DNA of 63,319 nucleotides, counting the filler, from Octopus bimaculoides (taxonomy: Eukaryota): NCBI RefSeq assembly GCF_001194135.2. It is 6 parts of 6 records of this genome, joined end to end, with 100 filler letters (N's around TTAATTAATTAA, not from the genome) between each part and the next. Parts side by side here need not be neighbours in the genome. Positions count along the whole stretch, not along the records: positions 32,286 to 49,914 come from NC_068989.1; positions 50,015 to 59,429 come from NC_069001.1; 4 more parts are not named here. One strand, 5' to 3'. The position numbers and the translations under genes were made by a program. Each line of letters begins with the position of its first letter. The first letter of the stretch is position 1. The notes beneath the pieces were generated by a model. That model ran no database searches. It was not told where the DNA came from and saw only the letters and a list, made by a program, of their open reading frames with translations. Of this stretch, positions 37,278 through 50,207 are shown piece after piece.

Positions 37278-38249
37278 NNNNNNNNNNNNNNNNNNNNNNN
37301 NNNNNNNNNNNNNNNNNNNNNNNNNNNNNNNNNNNNNNNNNNNNNNNNNNNNNNNNNNNNNNNNNNNNNNNNNNNNNNNNNNNNNNNNNNNNNNNNNNNN
37401 NNNNNNNNNNNNNNNNNNNNNNNNNNNNNNNNNNNNNNNNNNNNNNNNNNNNNNNNNNNNNNNNNNNNNNNNNNNNNNNNNNNNNNNNNNNNNNNNNNNN
37501 NNNNNNNNNNNNNNNNNNNNNNNNNNNNNNNNNNNNNNNNNNNNNNNNNNNNNNNNNNNNNNNNNNNNNNNNNNNNNNNNNNNNNNNNNNNNNNNNNNNN
37601 NNNNNNNNNNNNNNNNNNNNNNNNNNNNNNNNNNNNNNNNNNNNNNNNNNNNNNNNNNNNNNNNNNNNNNNNNNNNNNNNNNNNNNNNNNNNNNNNNNNN
37701 NNNNNNNNNNNNNNNNNNNNNNNNNNNNNNNNNNNNNNNNNNNNNNNNNNNNNNNNNNNNNNNNNNNNNNNNNNNNNNNNNNNNNNNNNNNNNNNNNNNN
37801 NNNNNNNNNNNNNNNNNNNNNNNNNNNNNNNNNNNNNNNNNNNNNNNNNNNNNNNNNNNNNNNNNNNNNNNNNNNNNNNNNNNNNNNNNNNNNNNNNNNN
37901 NNNNNNNNNNNNNNNNNNNNNNNNNNNNNNNNNNNNNNNNNNNNNNNNNNNNNNNNNNNNNNNNNNNNNNNNNNNNNNNNNNNNNNNNNNNNNNNNNNNN
38001 NNNNNNNNNNNNNNNNNNNNNNNNNNNNNNNNNNNNNNNNNNNNNNNNNNNNNNNNNNNNNNNNNNNNNNNNNNNNNNNNNNNNNNNNNNNNNNNNNNNN
38101 NNNNNNNNNNNNNNNNNNNNNNNNNNNNNNNNNNNNNNNNNNNNNNNNNNNNNNNNNNNNNNNNNNNNNNNNNNNNNNNNNNNNNNNNNNNNNNNNNNNN
38201 NNNNNNNNNNNNNNNNNNNNNNNATATATATATTTATCTATATCTTTCT

Positions 38250-39120
38250 CTTACTCTGTCATTCACATGTTTCAGCCGAAAGGCTTTGGCCAGGCTGGAG
38301 CACAGCCAGTGTCATCATATTTTCAGTAGCCATTCTTAAACGATTTACTTTTGGTGATGGAAGCAATTCAACACAACTGCCATTTTAAGTTTCTTGCTAT
38401 GATATTGGCTCATCTGGGACCTCGGATAGCAGATCAGATTGTTTCTTGAAACCATCTATCACTATTCCATGAAGATCCCTCAGATATTTTGGTAAGGCAT
38501 TAATTAACTGTGGGCTCTTGAATCACAAGCTCCTGCAGTACATGATCTTTACTGTAAACAAGATAGCTGGGACTACTCTTGAAGAGATAATAAGCGACGT
38601 CCATTTTGTGGGGTTAAATAGCTCTTGATGCCAAAGTTCGATGCCATCCCCCCGGAATATTCCATACGTATATCACTACATACATCTCCCATCCTCGATC
38701 CTGGGAATAAATCTATCTCTTTCAGTCTCTCCCAGTAGCGCATCTGTTCCATTGATGCAATCTTCCCGTTGTTGCAGTGGTGAACTACCTCAAGTTCCGC
38801 TATTAATTTGACACTGTAGGGCGACCATTACTGAGATCAGTAGTCCAGACGACTGAGACAATAGAACCAGTATAGTTTCCTGATCCCTTGCTCAGAAGGT
38901 TCTGAGACGCCATCCGACGATTCGCTTGCACATTGCCATCAACTTGGAGATATGCACGTGAAACGAGGCGTCGTTACTCATATCAAACTCTAGATCACAC
39001 ACTGTACTTGACTCGGGGATTACCGCTCCTTCTGGCCCAAAGTATTATTATTGGGGCATGTGAGCACTGGCCAGCTGATAGCGGAGGGCTTGGAATTTAC
39101 TTGCATTAAATTGCATGTAG
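38250..39120 (-). mobile_element. CR1/L2-like LINE 3' fragment (RT C-terminus and 3' tail)
   Basis: Minus strand reads MQFNASKFQALRY..MSNDASFHVHISKL..MEQMRYWERLKEIDLF..QLINALPKYLRDLHG, frameshifted; clade assignment is approximate. Confidence 0.8.
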
Positions 39121-39367
39121 TTATCTTTAGGTTATTTATATATGGCATCTAAGTTTTTCTGAAGAACGTTGGGCATCAGAAGGTTCCTTAACTGTTTGCA
39201 TACTTTTCTGTCGTTGGCATAGCTAGAAAGTGTGAATGTCTGTGCAATACATGCGTCATAGAGGAGCGTGTATGTGTGTGTATGTATATGAGTGTTGCAT
39301 GTGTCTATGTGTGTGTGTGTATGTATATATACATACACACACACATATACATACATACATACATACA

Positions 39368-39398
<31 letters not shown>

Positions 39399-39399
39399 G

Positions 39400-39451
<52 letters not shown>

Positions 39452-40387
39452 CAGGGTGTCGCAAAAATGTATACATATGTTAGTACCTGATAACTCAACT
39501 GATGTTTTTCCTTTCCAGATTAAACCCATTGGAATTAATGATAGCAGTCAGACTAAGCTTTGAACAAAGGAAATTCATTCTAAAATGCTACTGGAAGTGT
39601 GAAAACGCAGTTGAAGTACAAAGTCAGTTTAGGAGTGGGTTTCAAACAGATCCACCAACGCGACTTACCATCACTCGAATTAGAGATAAGTTTGAAGCTG
39701 ATGGGAGTGTTCAGAATGTCTATGAGAAGCATTCCAGAAGACCACGATCATCCACAACCCCAACAAAGCAAGAAGAAGTGCAGAAAACGTAGCACCAAAG
39801 TCTAAGAAAATCTGTGCAGCTATTTCTAAATCATCTGTCGAAAGCATTTTGAACTGTTGTCAATGGAAAAGTTACCCGGCCATTCAAAGCAGACCTCACA
39901 CATGTTTCCGGCAAGATGGGGCAACTGCTCATACTGCAAGGGAAGCAATTCGGTTACTGCTTTGGAGAGAGATTAATCTACCGCTACGAAAATGTTAATT
40001 GGCTTTCACGTTCTCCAGATTTGACTACCCCAGATTTTTTCTTGTGGGGTTACCTGAAAGAGAGGGTTTATATCAACAAACCGGATACCCTGGTGCAACT
40101 GAAGGAGTACATCAATAGAGAAATCACAGAAGTAGGATCTGGGTCTGAAACTCTTGAGGGAGTTATAGTGAAAGTTTTGAAACGAGCGCGGGCGTGTGAA
40201 GCCGAAAATGGCTACGATTTAAGCGATGTCATTTTTTATATGTGATGTAGCGGTGTTGCAAAATTTAACTGCTGCATATTGATTTCCATGAGGTCCTTTA
40301 AATTGTATCAAAATTTCATGTATTTATTTCTAAAGTTAAGAAAGTTATTAAAAATTGGAACTAATCAGTGTCTTTTGGGACACCCTG
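39452..40387 (+). mobile_element. Internally deleted Tc1/mariner-superfamily element with both TIRs
   Basis: TA|CAGGGTGTCGCAAAA..TTTTGGGACACCCTG|TA; HTH RLSFEQRKFILKCYWKCENAVEVQ; C-terminal SRSPDLTTPDFFLWGYLKERVY (third catalytic residue D). Confidence 0.9.
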
Positions 40388-41093
40388 TATATACATTTAT
40401 ACATGTATACATATATTTTTACACTCACACACACACATACACATATATGTGTAACATACATATTACACATATACGTGTGTAATATACGTGTGCGTTTGTG
40501 CTTGCATAAATACACACGCACACACACACACAAACTCATATATATATATATTTGTATATTAGTGTGAGTGTGTGTACAAATTAGCCCAACATCTTTTCAA
40601 ACAATCACGAGTTTTAGTGTAAATATTCATAATTAAATAGTATTGTAGAATTAAGGAAATTTTTAAAGTAAGTTGAGAATGCTAAAATCTTTAGAAATTT
40701 AATCATATAATTTGTTGGAATACAATCAACTGCTTAAAATTAACCGCCAACTCCATACGTATATTCCCATAACTGAGAATTTACGTCTCCAGCAACATAG
40801 TCAAGATTATTGTCACAGTATATGGATGTGTTGAGAACTTAACAAACAAGTATAAATGGCTTACATTGTACTAGATAAACCGAAAGGTTTGGAGTTTATG
40901 TACAGGCTGTAAAATGTTTAGAATATTACATACTCTAAATCGAATCATTTACATTACCATTCTTTTGGACACGATATACACATACAGACAAATATGGATA
41001 AGTACACGCACACACACACACACACACACAGACACACACACACACACACAGACACACACACACATATAGGAATGGAGCTTTTTGTGTGTATAC

Positions 41094-41148
<55 letters not shown>

Positions 41149-41860
41149 GACAGAAAGAGAGAGAGAGAGAAAGAGAGAGAGATATATATAGATAGATACA
41201 CATACACAAATATATTCATAAATATATATATATATACATATANNNNNNNNNNNNNNNNNNNNNNNNNNNNNNNNNNNNNNNNNNNNNNNNNNNNNNNNNN
41301 NNNNNNNNNNNNNNNNNNNNNNNNNNNNNNNNNNNNNNNNNNNNNNNNNNNNNNNNNNNNNNNNNNNNNNNNNNNNNNNNNNNNNNNNNNNNNNNNNNNN
41401 NNNNNNNNNNNNNNNNNNNNNNNNNNNNNNNNNNNNNNNNNNNNNNNNNNNNNNNNNNNNNNNNNNNNNNNNNNNNNNNNNNNNNNNNNNNNNNNNNNNN
41501 NNNNNNNNNNNNNNNNNNNNNNNNNNNNNNNNNNNNNNNNNNNNNNNNNNNNNNNNNNNNNNNNNNNNNNNNNNNNNNNNNNNNNNNNNNNNNNNNNNNN
41601 NNNNNNNNNNNNNNNNNNNNNNNNNNNNNNNNNNNNNNNNNNNNNNNNNNNNNNNNNNNNNNNNNNNNNNNNNNNNNNNNNNNNNNNNNNNNNNNNNNNN
41701 NNNNNNNNNNNNNNNNNNNNNNNNNNNNNNNNNNNNNNNNNNNNNNNNNNNNNNNNNNNNNNNNNNNNNNNNNNNTATATACCGGAGTAAGCACATAAAA
41801 TGTTCAACAAGGTGGAAAAAAGAGTACTCAAATACCAGAGGTAGAGTAGAGTAACAGTCT

Positions 41861-41906
<46 letters not shown>

Positions 41907-42114
41907 ACATATATATATAAACACATATATATATGATGGGCCTCTTTAATTTCTTCATATCAAATCCGTTCATAAGTCTTAGGGAGGTCCTGGTTGAAAC
42001 TCTCGAATCATTTCCCCATGTGCTACACAGTTGGACCGAAGCTGAAACAAACATTTTGCCATACACAACATATATATACATGCATACACACGTACACGCG
42101 CGCTCGCACATAAT

Positions 42115-42126
42115 AGATAGACAGAC

Positions 42127-42197
<71 letters not shown>

Positions 42198-42230
42198 CGG
42201 ACAGACAGACAGACAGATAGACAGACAGAG

Positions 42231-42287
<57 letters not shown>

Positions 42288-42305
42288 CATACATACATAC
42301 ATACG
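42115..42305. repeat. (GATA)n(GACA)n(CATA)n
   Basis: Direct inspection. Confidence 0.95.
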
Positions 42306-42789
42306 ATACATAGTTATAAGTAAGTTTATAGGCGTGTATGTCAATTTACGTAAACATTTACACTCCAACATTGAGTAGGTGAATGTGAATACATGAATGT
42401 GCTAGTGTCAGCGAGTGTAGTACTCAAGTACTAATAACAGTAATAAAACAATTTTACTAACACAACTATTGTTCTCATAATCTCAAGCCGAGTGATTTGT
42501 TTCGAAACAAATCGTATTTGACAGTTTCCTGCCAAAATCTTATCGTCAATTCTATCACTTTAATGGTGACACATCCGTTTTGATCCTCTTTTTGAGGTTC
42601 TGAAATAAATGTGATGGTGACCTGACATACTTGCACCTACTTTGAAAACTACCCGGTTTACAAGCAGCTCAGTGAATGACCTGCCGACCCAAACTTATTC
42701 ACCGGTGTACCTATTCGTGTGTACGTTGGTAGGAGTGCAAGCGCACGAACATATACAGAAATGCATACATACAAATACATAAGCGAACT

Positions 42790-43480
42790 ACCGTAGTCGA
42801 TGGGCCGATTATTCAATGTAGTCGCCTTCAGTTTCTACCACGGCCTCCAAAATCATTGGAATCTGTCGCATGCGTTTCTCGCTGAGCCCCTGGGAAGACC
42901 TTCGAAGACCTCCTTGATCTTTGTTATCAGGTCAGGCAGTCCAGTTGGTGTCTTTCACAACCTGGAGAAATCGTAAAAATTTTCCGACAACCATCTCTGA
43001 CTTTTCCGGAGGCATGGAAGGAGTCCAATCCTGCTGCAACGCATATGGCCCTCTAGCAGCAACTCACTCTAGCCAGGGATTGAGCACAGGCCCTAGTAGT
43101 AGTCTAAATTGAGCCGAAGACCCTTTTCAAAGACGTGGGGCTAAACGCCGACATGCGGACGCAGTCATATGCCTGAAGTGTATCTTCCTGATGACCACGG
43201 CGTCGTTGTCTCCATTGTAGCAGTCCATGTCACGTCGTACATCATTTACAGTCTTCAGAGAGTATTGAGCAGAAGCCATGAGCGAATCATGATGACATAG
43301 GCAACTGTTTTCCAATATTCAAGTGGCTTCCATGTAAGTTCTCCATGTAAGCTAACTTATTCTCAACCACATATTCAATCTTCATGCGTTCCACTGCCGT
43401 TGTCTGTTCATCAATACATCAATCTGGTCCTGAAAAAAGGAGACATAAAAAATCGTCAAATTTAGTCCAAACACCCTGCA
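42790..43480 (-). mobile_element. maT-like Tc1/mariner element, internally deleted
   Basis: 5' end TGCAGGGTG; fragments AQYSLKTVNDVRRDMDCYNGD, PHVFEKGLRLN, PWLE*VAARGPYALQQD, KSQRWLSENFYDFS, ILEAVVETEGDYIE*. Confidence 0.75.
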
Positions 43481-44117
43481 ACTTTAGAGCGTCTCAGATT
43501 CTCTCATTACTGACGGTGTTCTCACGCCTTAAGAAAACAATTCGGTGACAATACACATCGTTCCACCGTCATTGAAGCCGTTAACGCCATATTTGATGTT
43601 TCTTCATATAGTATTTGTGATTACTTTTAAGTCCTTTTGAAGATAAACTATATTTAAAGACATTTTGCAGCAATATCCTGTAGGGTGAGTGAGCGCAAAG
43701 AGGCAATACATATGACTTTTATATATTAATAGTTATGTTAAACTTATAAACGCGCGTTTAGTAAGCAGATATTTATCCTCTCCGTTTTAACCAACATACC
43801 GCAGTTAAGCCGTGTTACATAGTCTTTTACGGTTAAGCTGAAACTTTGCATTTATGAAAAACATATGCTAGCAAGTTTTACGTATCATTTGTTTATGTAA
43901 TGCCACTGTGAGTTTCTGAGCTCTCTATATATGAATGTGCATATGTGTGTGTATGTGCATGTGTGTGTGTGTGCGTGCGTGTATGCATGCCTCAAGCATA
44001 CATACAGAAACAAATGTCTCTAAGATGTAGCATTATCACTCAATTCTAGGTACACAGTTCCCTACACCTGAAACAGATGTAAGGTAATTTTAGTGATAAA
44101 CTGATTTTTCTATTCAA

Positions 44118-44555
44118 CCAGATTGACCAGATTGCAACGTCTCTTATTTAAATTCTTGTGGAGGGGACGCGTTCCAATGGCTAAGCAGTCAGTCTGTTGC
44201 CAGCATTCTCTGAGTGGCTAATTAGGTATGACGGGAATCCTCATGTGCAGACACACACTTAGGTTACGCCACGTGCAATGATTTCTGGACGGTGAGCGTG
44301 TGTGGGCTCTGTTTGTGAGATTCGTCTTTCCGCAGCTTCTCTCCTTGAAGGAACTGCAGTCCTGGATGAAGAAAAGAGCGAGACTGGGCGCCTGACACCT
44401 GGAATATCGTCAAGCACTCACAGCCCTCTACCTGTCGGACAATGTGATCGGAGGATGTTCCGCTTTAGAAATTTATAGAGGGTTAGTGGTGGGGGAAGTG
44501 CGACGACGTTCTCGGGTAGTCTCTGGACGCTGACGAGAACGAACTGGCTAGGCTG
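44118..44555 (+). mobile_element. Second, older Tx1-like ORF2 fragment
   Basis: RLQRLLFKFLWRGRVPMAKQSVCCQ..LRLRH..VWALFVRFVFPQL aligns by eye to the 6537-8102 protein; three in-frame stops. Confidence 0.85.
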
Positions 44556-44560
44556 TGTAT

Positions 44561-44619
44561 ATGTCACTGATGAACGCCGTGTATGTTTTTACACAGAGCC
44601 AGAAATCCGGATCTGAGAT
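44561..44619 (+). ncRNA. Decayed hammerhead ribozyme
   Basis: ATGTCA-CTGATGA..GAAA-TCCGGA-TC-TGAGAT; the stem II closing pair is A.A instead of G-C. Confidence 0.45.
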
Positions 44620-44682
44620 TATCAAAACTTTTTTGCTAGTTTATTTGTTTATTTATCTTTTCACCTTGTGTTGTATGAATAT

Positions 44683-45069
44683 GTGGAGGCGCAATGGCCC
44701 AGTGGTTAGGGCAGCGGACTCGCGGTCATAGGATCGCGGTTTCGATTCCCAGACCGGGCGTTGTGAGTGTTTATTGAGCGAAAACACCTAAAGCTCCACG
44801 AGGCTCCGGCAGGGGATGGTGGCGAACCCTACTGTACTCTTCCACCACAACTTTCTCTCACTCTCAATTTTACTTCCTCTCTCTGTTGTGCCTGTAATTC
44901 AAAGGGTCAGTCTTGTCACACTGTGTCACGCTGAATATCCCCGAGAACTACGTTAAGGGTAGACGTGTCTGTGGAGTGCTCAGCCACTTGCACGTTAATT
45001 TCACAAGCAGGGTGTTCCGTTGATCGGATCAACTGGAACCCTCGACGTCGTAATCGAGGGAGTGCCAAC
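44683..45069 (+). mobile_element. Family B SINE, full length with TSD
   Basis: A box TGGCCCAGTGG, B box GGTTTCGATTCC; 11-bp TSD TGTATGAATAT (44672-44682, 45070-45080). Confidence 0.93.
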
Positions 45070-45254
45070 TGTATGAATATATAAAGTGGTTTTAACGTCA
45101 AGTTTTGACTGTTATCTCAAGCCTGTGGTATCTCTGTAATACCATTAATTATAATTTTAATAATAATTAAAACCTATAAGGTTTTTATTCCCATGCTGGC
45201 CACTTGATATGATCGGTATTTTAAATAACGATCATATCCTTATTTATATAAAAA

Positions 45255-45307
<53 letters not shown>

Positions 45308-45946
45308 GTGTGTGAATGTGTGTTAATTATATATATGTTCATTATTTATATTGGAATCTAACATTCAGAAAAGCTTAGAATTCATGAAGTAATTCAGTAT
45401 GGTAAGCGATCTTCTCGTTAGAATAATCATGCATACTAAAAAATTATTGTTAAACCAACACGATTCCTACACATTCAAATGTGATTTAACCATTTGTTAG
45501 AGCTGTGAATAGGACCTAAAAATGGTGCTGAGCAAGCAAACCGCGTTGTAGCAGAGTTGCTCATATACCAATACCTGATACTGTTCACTAAGTTCTTTCA
45601 TGAATCACACAAATGTTTTTAACGTAAACTCCGAGTCACAGTGGAATCAACATTAACAGATAAATGTAAAATCTATGCTCTCCCGCTGTCTATTCATCAC
45701 TCTCTCCCTCTCTCTACTCCCCCCTCTCTATATACAGGTATGTTTGATTCTGTGTGTGGATGCATGTATGTATGTCTGTATTTGTACATAAATGCATGTA
45801 TAAATATCTTTGTATGTGTAAATGAATATATATGTTTACAGATATGTATAAAACATATACTCCATACACGAACATATATAAAAGTATTTATGTATGAGTA
45901 TGTATGTATGCATGTACATACATGTGTAAATACATACATACATACA

Positions 45947-45983
<37 letters not shown>

Positions 45984-47034
45984 ACATGGACACACATATG
46001 TACGTGCATTGTGTTCATATCTGTGAAAATGTAGGAGAATAACGTAGAAACAACAATCTCTTTTTAGATAAGTTAATAAAAGAGAAGAAAACTGCACGGT
46101 GCGAATTTTTAATAATATATTGTGCTCAGAATAATGACGTGTGTGTGTGTGTGTGTGCGTGTGTGTGTGTGTGAGAGAGACAGAGAGAGAGAGAGAGAGA
46201 AAGAGAGAATATGTATATGTATATGATTGTGTATGTTGGTGCCAATGTGCATAATAGCTATTTTATAATTATATAGAGTAACTGATAAATTTAGTGATGT
46301 ATATGCTATCTCGTTGACTAATACGTATTAATTTTGCAGATATTTTCTCTCCAAAAAAGATATTTCTATATCAACTTGTTAGTTCTTCGTGGTAATTTAT
46401 TAGCTTGTATTGATTCTCTGTTAATTTCTAACAGTCTACCTAATTTCTACCAATCAACCAGGCAGACAAGCTAAATGCCAACCGACCTACCGAACTACCT
46501 ACATACCGATCTATGTATATATAGCTATTGTCTGCAGTTTTACTTAATTTCTTTGAGAGCATCTATTAGTTTTCATTTATATTGTTTGTTTATTTGCTGC
46601 AGTTATCTTGTTGATGTCTCGTTTCAATTTTTCACTCGATTTTCTCTTGAAATTGCTGTCGTATGCCACGATAGTCGTCTTTATCAAGAAGTGATGTATG
46701 AAAGAGATATCGACATAGATTGTTCTTTTATTCTTTCGCTAGTTTTAGTCTTTGGACTTTTGTTTTTGTCGACGGAATTGAAAACCAGCATTAGCAAGTG
46801 CATAGTCGATTACATTCTCGCTAGTGAACATTTTACCATACTTCGAAGGAGGAAAACCAAACGGAACTCTGACGGCATGCGATCTCAGAAAGCCTGTAAA
46901 TTAAATTCGCTGATGGTCTGCGATAATATCAATGTCAGCTTCGGTTCATTAAATTTTATTTCAAATTGCTCAAATAATTTTGGGTATGTTAAACTCCGAG
47001 TAACGATGGAATAAATCAACAACTCTACATATAT

Positions 47035-47285
47035 AAAAGTACGAGATGGCAGAATCATTAACACGCCAAGCAGAATGCTTAGAGGCAATTCGTTTGCCTT
47101 TACGTTCTCAGTCGAAATTCAATTCCGTCGATGTCGAAATTCCGTCGATGTCGAAATTCCGTCGAGGTCGAAATTTAGTCCTTTCCGGGTCGATTAAATA
47201 AGTTACAGTTGAGCATTAGGTTCGATCTAATAGACTTACCACCACCCCCGGAGGTGTTGGCTTTGTGCCAATATTTGAAGTTAAT
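47035..47285 (+). mobile_element. Family C SINE with an internal 17-bp tandem expansion
   Basis: GTCGAAATTCCGTCGAT repeated about three times at about 47110-47175. Confidence 0.75.
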
Positions 47286-48924
47286 ACATAAATGTAGAAT
47301 CTACAAAAGACATAAAGCTATTTTGTTTTCCTTCTATTTATATGTTTGCACGTACGTGTATGAGTAAATGTGTATGTGAACATATACATGACAGATACAT
47401 TTACATAAAATGTTGTTTATTCTTTCACTAGTTTCAGTCATTGTACTGTGACCGGACGGATTCGAAAAGCATGGTTGATTACATTCACACTAGTGCTTAT
47501 TTTACTACTTTCGAAAAATAAATTTTGAGTAAATTTTGGTAAATTTTCAGCTAAGAAACTAAAAGTACGTAGTCAAATGTCATCATTCGTTTTATTCAAA
47601 CTCCAGATTCAGACATCCATTTGCTGAAATATTGGCTTCAAATTTTGGCACAAGTGGGAGTCGGTATGTCGATTATATCACCCCAATTCTCGATTGATAC
47701 TTATTTTATCAACCCTAAAAAAATGAAAAACAAAGACGACTTCGGCAAAACTCAGACCGCAAATACTGACGAAACGCCGCCAAGTATTTTGCCCCGCGTG
47801 TGAACGGTTCTGCCTGCTCAGAACCTTCACTTGCTATAATATTTCCAAATATTATAGAATTCGTTTATGAGAAAATATTCTGTTGCTAATATGATACTAT
47901 CAGATCTAGTTTCATAGACTGTATTCTAGAATTTGCAATTAGATATTTTCCTGCGATATATAACTGTAGTCTTCTAAATATCGTAAAGCTTTTTTTCCCA
48001 GATCACAAAACTCACAGGTATTTTCTATGTTGTGAAACTAACAGAACTGAACATACGCATTAGACTAGAAAAGTTCCTTTCATCCAGTCCGTCTCTGTCA
48101 GAACTCTACAACGTTTCGAATACATTTAATATAAAAGAATAATTATCCTCAAATCAGTCTAAATAACTGAAACCCATTAATCTCAGGCATTCACCTCATA
48201 TCTGACAGGTATCCAGTTATTCTCTTTGCTTCGTTGACGCGAAGTATTCACAGTGAATCTGTATAGATACAAAGATAATAATGAGACTTTCAGGACAATA
48301 GGTGTATTTCTGTAATCTCCCAAGTTGATTCAATCTTTGTGCATGTCATGCGACAACTAATCAATTTTTACTTCATTGATACAATCCAGGAAGAAAATTA
48401 CCGTTACTTTAATGTAAGTGGTGAAACAGTATCAGAAACGCTTTGGAGAGGACTCCTCAAATTAAACTGGCGGAATAAAATGATAAGCGTCTTCTATTAC
48501 AGCATGGTAATTAGTATTATTTGAGAGGGTTAGCTGTCTGAAACCATTTTAGATACAAATATTATGAACTTAGGGTGTGTTCTTCTGTTCTCCCCTCAGC
48601 TTAAGGTTGAATTTTGGGACCTGATCTGTGGTACAACCATCTATTTTTTCATCCACAATAATTATTTCTACGTTGAAATATGCAAAACGAGATACAAAAA
48701 CAGCTTAGTGATGGTCGCTGATATATAGTTTACTGCTTGATGTAACATGGTAAATCATTTATCGGTCAGCAAATAGTCAGTTACATCTTGATAGCTTTGT
48801 ATTGATATCATTCAAAATACCTTGAAGACACAGTTGCTTTACAAGTTGGGTATTGATGTAGTACCAACAAGTCCACAATCTGTTCTCATTAATGGCATGA
48901 AATATTATCATTATTATCATTATC

Positions 48925-49120
48925 AAGGCGGTGAGCTGGCAAAATCGTTAGCACGCTTAGCAGTATTTCGTTACGCTCTGATTTCAATTTCCGCCGTCGT
49001 CGACTTTACTTTTCATCACTTCGGGTCCGATAAATTAAGTACCAGTTACGCACCGAGGTCGATGTAACCGACTATCCTCCTTCCCAAAATTTCAGGTTTT
49101 GTGCCTATAGTAGAAAAGAT
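48925..49120 (+). mobile_element. Family C SINE
   Basis: AAGGCGGTGAGCTGGCAAAATCGTTAGC..GATAAATTAAGTACCAG..GTGCCTATAGTAGAAAAG. Confidence 0.8.
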
Positions 49121-49584
49121 TGTTATTATCATTAATCTTCTCTTTCAATTTTGTTTCTATTTCTTGCCGAGTGACTACCTGACGCCTAGGGCAGAGAAAC
49201 TCACCGGGTACATTGGTAGGCCATTAAAATAAATACACTAGATAGTTCATTTATTAAGTCATATGATAGAAAAAAGGGGAAGAAAAGCAAAGATAAAAAG
49301 GAAAGACGAAAAAAATGAAAAAAAAAAGAAAACAAAGAAAAGAAATGGGAAAAGGAAAGAAAATTCTCAGCGATAATGCTCTTCTCAGTACGTGTGACGT
49401 ACCAGTTTAGACATTCTTCTCCACTTTCTGCGTGGATGGAAAGCCGGGGATCATCCTCAAATAATTTTGAGTTCCATTTTTGATCATTCCAAGTGTTCCT
49501 ACGATCATTGATATTGTAACCGTCTTTTGATGCCACATGTTTTCGATTTCAATCTGAAATTTTTTATACTTTCTGTACTTATCA

Positions 49585-49654
<70 letters not shown>

Positions 49655-49765
49655 GCTGTTATTGTTGTTGTTACTGTTGTTGTTGTTGATAACAACTTTG
49701 TATTCAAGTACGGTATATCTTGAGGAGATCTGCAATTTTTTATACTTTCTGTACTTATCATATTA

Positions 49766-49803
<38 letters not shown>

Positions 49804-49914
49804 TTATGTTTGACTTTTGTTTTGCATTTGTACAAGTTGGATCCAAGTCTCACCCAGAGACCTCAAGAGACAACAAGTTAGAAGTTCATGTAGGTGTTAT
49901 GCCTAGGGTACCAT

Positions 49915-50014
49915 NNNNNNNNNNNNNNNNNNNNNNNNNNNNNNNNNNNNNNNNNNNNTTAATTAATTAANNNNNNNNNNNNNNNNNNNNNNNNNNNNNN
50001 NNNNNNNNNNNNNN
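49915..50014. other. Scaffold-join gap with artificial spacer
   Basis: 44 N + TTAATTAATTAA + 44 N. Confidence 0.95.
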
Positions 50015-50070
50015 ATATACATATATATATGTACATATATATATACATATATATATACATATATATATAC

Positions 50071-50101
<31 letters not shown>

Positions 50102-50161
50102 CATATATATATGTATATAAATATATATATATTCATTTACATACATATGCATGCATTTATA

Positions 50162-50207
<46 letters not shown>

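Noticed and set aside
46475-47014. 179-aa ORF and a minus-strand candidate exon (GFLRSHAVRVPFGFPPSKYGKMFT..)
   Set aside because: No recognisable domain; the plus ORF is compositionally biased and neither strand has a supported partner exon.
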